Positions 54,478 to 55,849 of a stretch of 55,849 nt of DNA are shown piece after piece. The stretch comes from a virus (taxonomy: Duplodnaviria > Caudoviricetes), in IMG/VR virus record IMGVR_UViG_3300001535_000005, positions 1 to 55,849 of that record; one strand, given 5' to 3'. Both the position numbers and the translations under genes were made by a program. Within the stretch, counting starts at the first letter, position 1. Every line of letters begins with the position of its first letter. The notes under the pieces were generated by a model, which did not search any database, was not told the DNA's origin, and saw nothing but the letters and a program-made list of their open reading frames with translations.

Positions 54478-55125
54478 CTACAGACCCAGTTGACCGGCGA
54501 CCAGTGTCAGTTTCTCGTCCGGCGTCAGACGCAGCACATCGATCGCCTCAGCGTAGGTCACGCCCTTCTGCACCAGACCGAACGCCGGATGTGCGAGCCA
54601 TTCCGCCAGACCGCGGCCGGCGTCCGCGCTGCACTTCTGCTTTTCGTCCAGCACCGCGATGATCTTCCCGGCGAGGACACCGGTGGGTGGCGCAGGCACG
54701 ATCGGCGGGGCGGATGGCATCAGCGGCGGGGGCGGCGGGGCAGCGGCAGCCGCAGGCGCAGTGCGCTGCAGAGACGCCGGGATATCCAGCGGGTCGACAA
54801 TCTCGCCGTGGAGCACTGTGGTCGGCGCAGCACCCGGTACTGGCAGCGGCGGCGGGGCGCTGGCTTCGGCGGCCTTCTTGTTCGGGCCGCGTGGCTTGCG
54901 GGTGGAGGTGGTGGTGGAGGCTTCCTCGGTAGCGATGCGTTCTTCCACCGCACCCGGTTCGATGATGGTGCCGGCGGTCTGCTCGGGCTGGGTACCGAGC
55001 GGCAGGCCGAACAGCTGCGCCAGTTCCGATTCTTCGTTCTGCATCACGCCGAGCGCTTCCGCGAAGGATCCGACTTCGAACTCCGCCTCGACTGGGTGCC
55101 GCACAAATTTGATCTTGATGGTCAT
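54478..55125 (-). CDS. Hypothetical Pro/Ala-rich protein
   Basis: GAGGA RBS; LDIPASLQR motif; first gene of the leftward operon. Confidence 0.75.
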   Translation of the reverse strand: MTIKIKFVRHPVEAEFEVGSFAEALGVMQNEESELAQLFGLPLGTQPEQTAGTIIEPGAVEERIATEEASTTTSTRKPRGPNKKAAEASAPPPLPVPGAAPTTVLHGEIVDPLDIPASLQRTAPAAAAAPPPPPLMPSAPPIVPAPPTGVLAGKIIAVLDEKQKCSADAGRGLAEWLAHPAFGLVQKGVTYAEAIDVLRLTPDEKLTLVAGQLGL

Positions 55126-55156
55126 AATGCATCCTCGTTTGGTTGTTGCAACAATC

Positions 55157-55188
55157 GCCAACTTACCGCACCGATACGGATAGTCAAC
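55157..55188 (-). promoter_or_regulatory. Dyad operator/leftward promoter
   Basis: GCCAACTTACCGCA-ccga-TACGGATAGTCAAC. Confidence 0.7.
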
Positions 55189-55263
55189 GATTATTTGAAC
55201 TTTTAACAATGTGCAGAGTTAACCATTGCGCATTTTACCGTTTTGATTCTGTCAAGCCGGAAT

Positions 55264-55277
55264 GTCAACTCTCCGCA
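55264..55277 (+). promoter_or_regulatory. Operator half-site before a rightward TTGACA
   Basis: GTCAACTCTCCGCA; TTGACA at 55287..55292. Confidence 0.6.
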
Positions 55278-55342
55278 ATATACTTATTGACAACACCACG
55301 CACCCGCGCCAAAAGTCTGACACCGAACAATAGGAGGCGATC

Positions 55343-55750
55343 GTGCGACGAAAGAAATTGCTACCCACTGAACCGTCAAAGTTCACGGAGGAAGCATTGA
55401 ACAAGCTGCAGAAGGATCTGCAGAGTGGTCGCCTTCCCATGAACCGTATTCAGGTATCTGATGACATGGTCACCGGGCTCCGCGCGATGGTGACCAAGGA
55501 CGGCGACATCTCGTATCACTGCGCCTACAACCTCGGGGACAGCCGACCGTTCATTAAGATCGGTACAGCACACAAGGGACACCCCGAGCACATCACGATT
55601 GAGACCGCTCGCTACCGTGCCCGGACGATCAAGGCGCTGGGCAACCGAGGTATCGATGTGCAGGACGGACTCTACCGACGGCTGTTCCAGGAACTGGACC
55701 GCGACGGCGAAGCATGGAAGCCCGCGCTGGCGCCTCCGGCTAAGAAGTAG
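55343..55750 (+). CDS. Stand-alone integrase arm-type DNA-binding domain protein (DUF4102-like)
   Basis: SD..VTGLRAMVTKDG..SY...Y......IKIG......ITIETAR.RAR; no catalytic domain; AGGAGG RBS. Confidence 0.7.
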   Translation: MRRKKLLPTEPSKFTEEALNKLQKDLQSGRLPMNRIQVSDDMVTGLRAMVTKDGDISYHCAYNLGDSRPFIKIGTAHKGHPEHITIETARYRARTIKALGNRGIDVQDGLYRRLFQELDRDGEAWKPALAPPAKK

Positions 55751-55753
55751 ACA

Positions 55754-55794
55754 CTAGGAGTGGAGGCGCACTTGGGGATGCGCACCACCTCTAG
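55754..55794 (+). terminator. Long imperfect hairpin after the arm-domain gene
   Basis: CTAG/CTAG, GTGG/CCAC and GCGCA/TGCGC pairings; no U-tract. Confidence 0.35.
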
Positions 55795-55799
55795 GGATA

Positions 55800-55849
55800 T
55801 ATGTAAACTGTCCGTATAAACGTTGACATGCGCAAGGGTGTGCGTCTAT
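55800..55849. repeat. Terminal direct repeat / circular assembly overlap (copy 2)
   Basis: Identical to 1..50. Confidence 0.95.

Noticed and set aside
55200-55230. CtrA box in the switch region
   Set aside because: The TTAA words are 12 bp apart rather than 7; only a TTAACCAT half-site is present, too weak to call

Overview
This window is a complete, circularly closed genome of a temperate tailed phage (siphovirus-like, 55.8 kb, GC-rich); 1..50 is repeated at 55800..55849. The host is probably an Alphaproteobacterium, inferred from a CtrA-like wHTH gene and the structural module. Layout: (1) a rightward early/replication region (1-15.4 kb) with two DNA methyltransferases, a primase-polymerase/VirE helicase, a putative origin, an HD hydrolase and an SF2 helicase; (2) a late region (15.4-43.5 kb) with terminase, portal, capsid, non-contractile tail, fibres and lysis genes; (3) attP (3' half of a tRNA) and a tyrosine integrase; (4) a leftward region (44-55.1 kb) with family-B-like DNA polymerase, SSB and a Cas4-like nuclease. 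Three signals stand out. First, a perfectly circularly permuted tRNA-like module (YrlA-type order T arm, closed acceptor stem, D arm) sits inside a ~360-nt multibranched RNA leader before the terminase, and no Ro60 gene is recognisable. Second, five unrelated early proteins end in the same PPY-stop tail, with two further untranslated remnants. Third, about 18 copies of a 14-bp operator-like motif occur genome-wide, many overlapping -35 boxes. No CI-type repressor is recognisable, but a stand-alone integrase arm-binding-domain gene occupies the switch position. All calls were made by eye from motifs and synteny; no searches were run.
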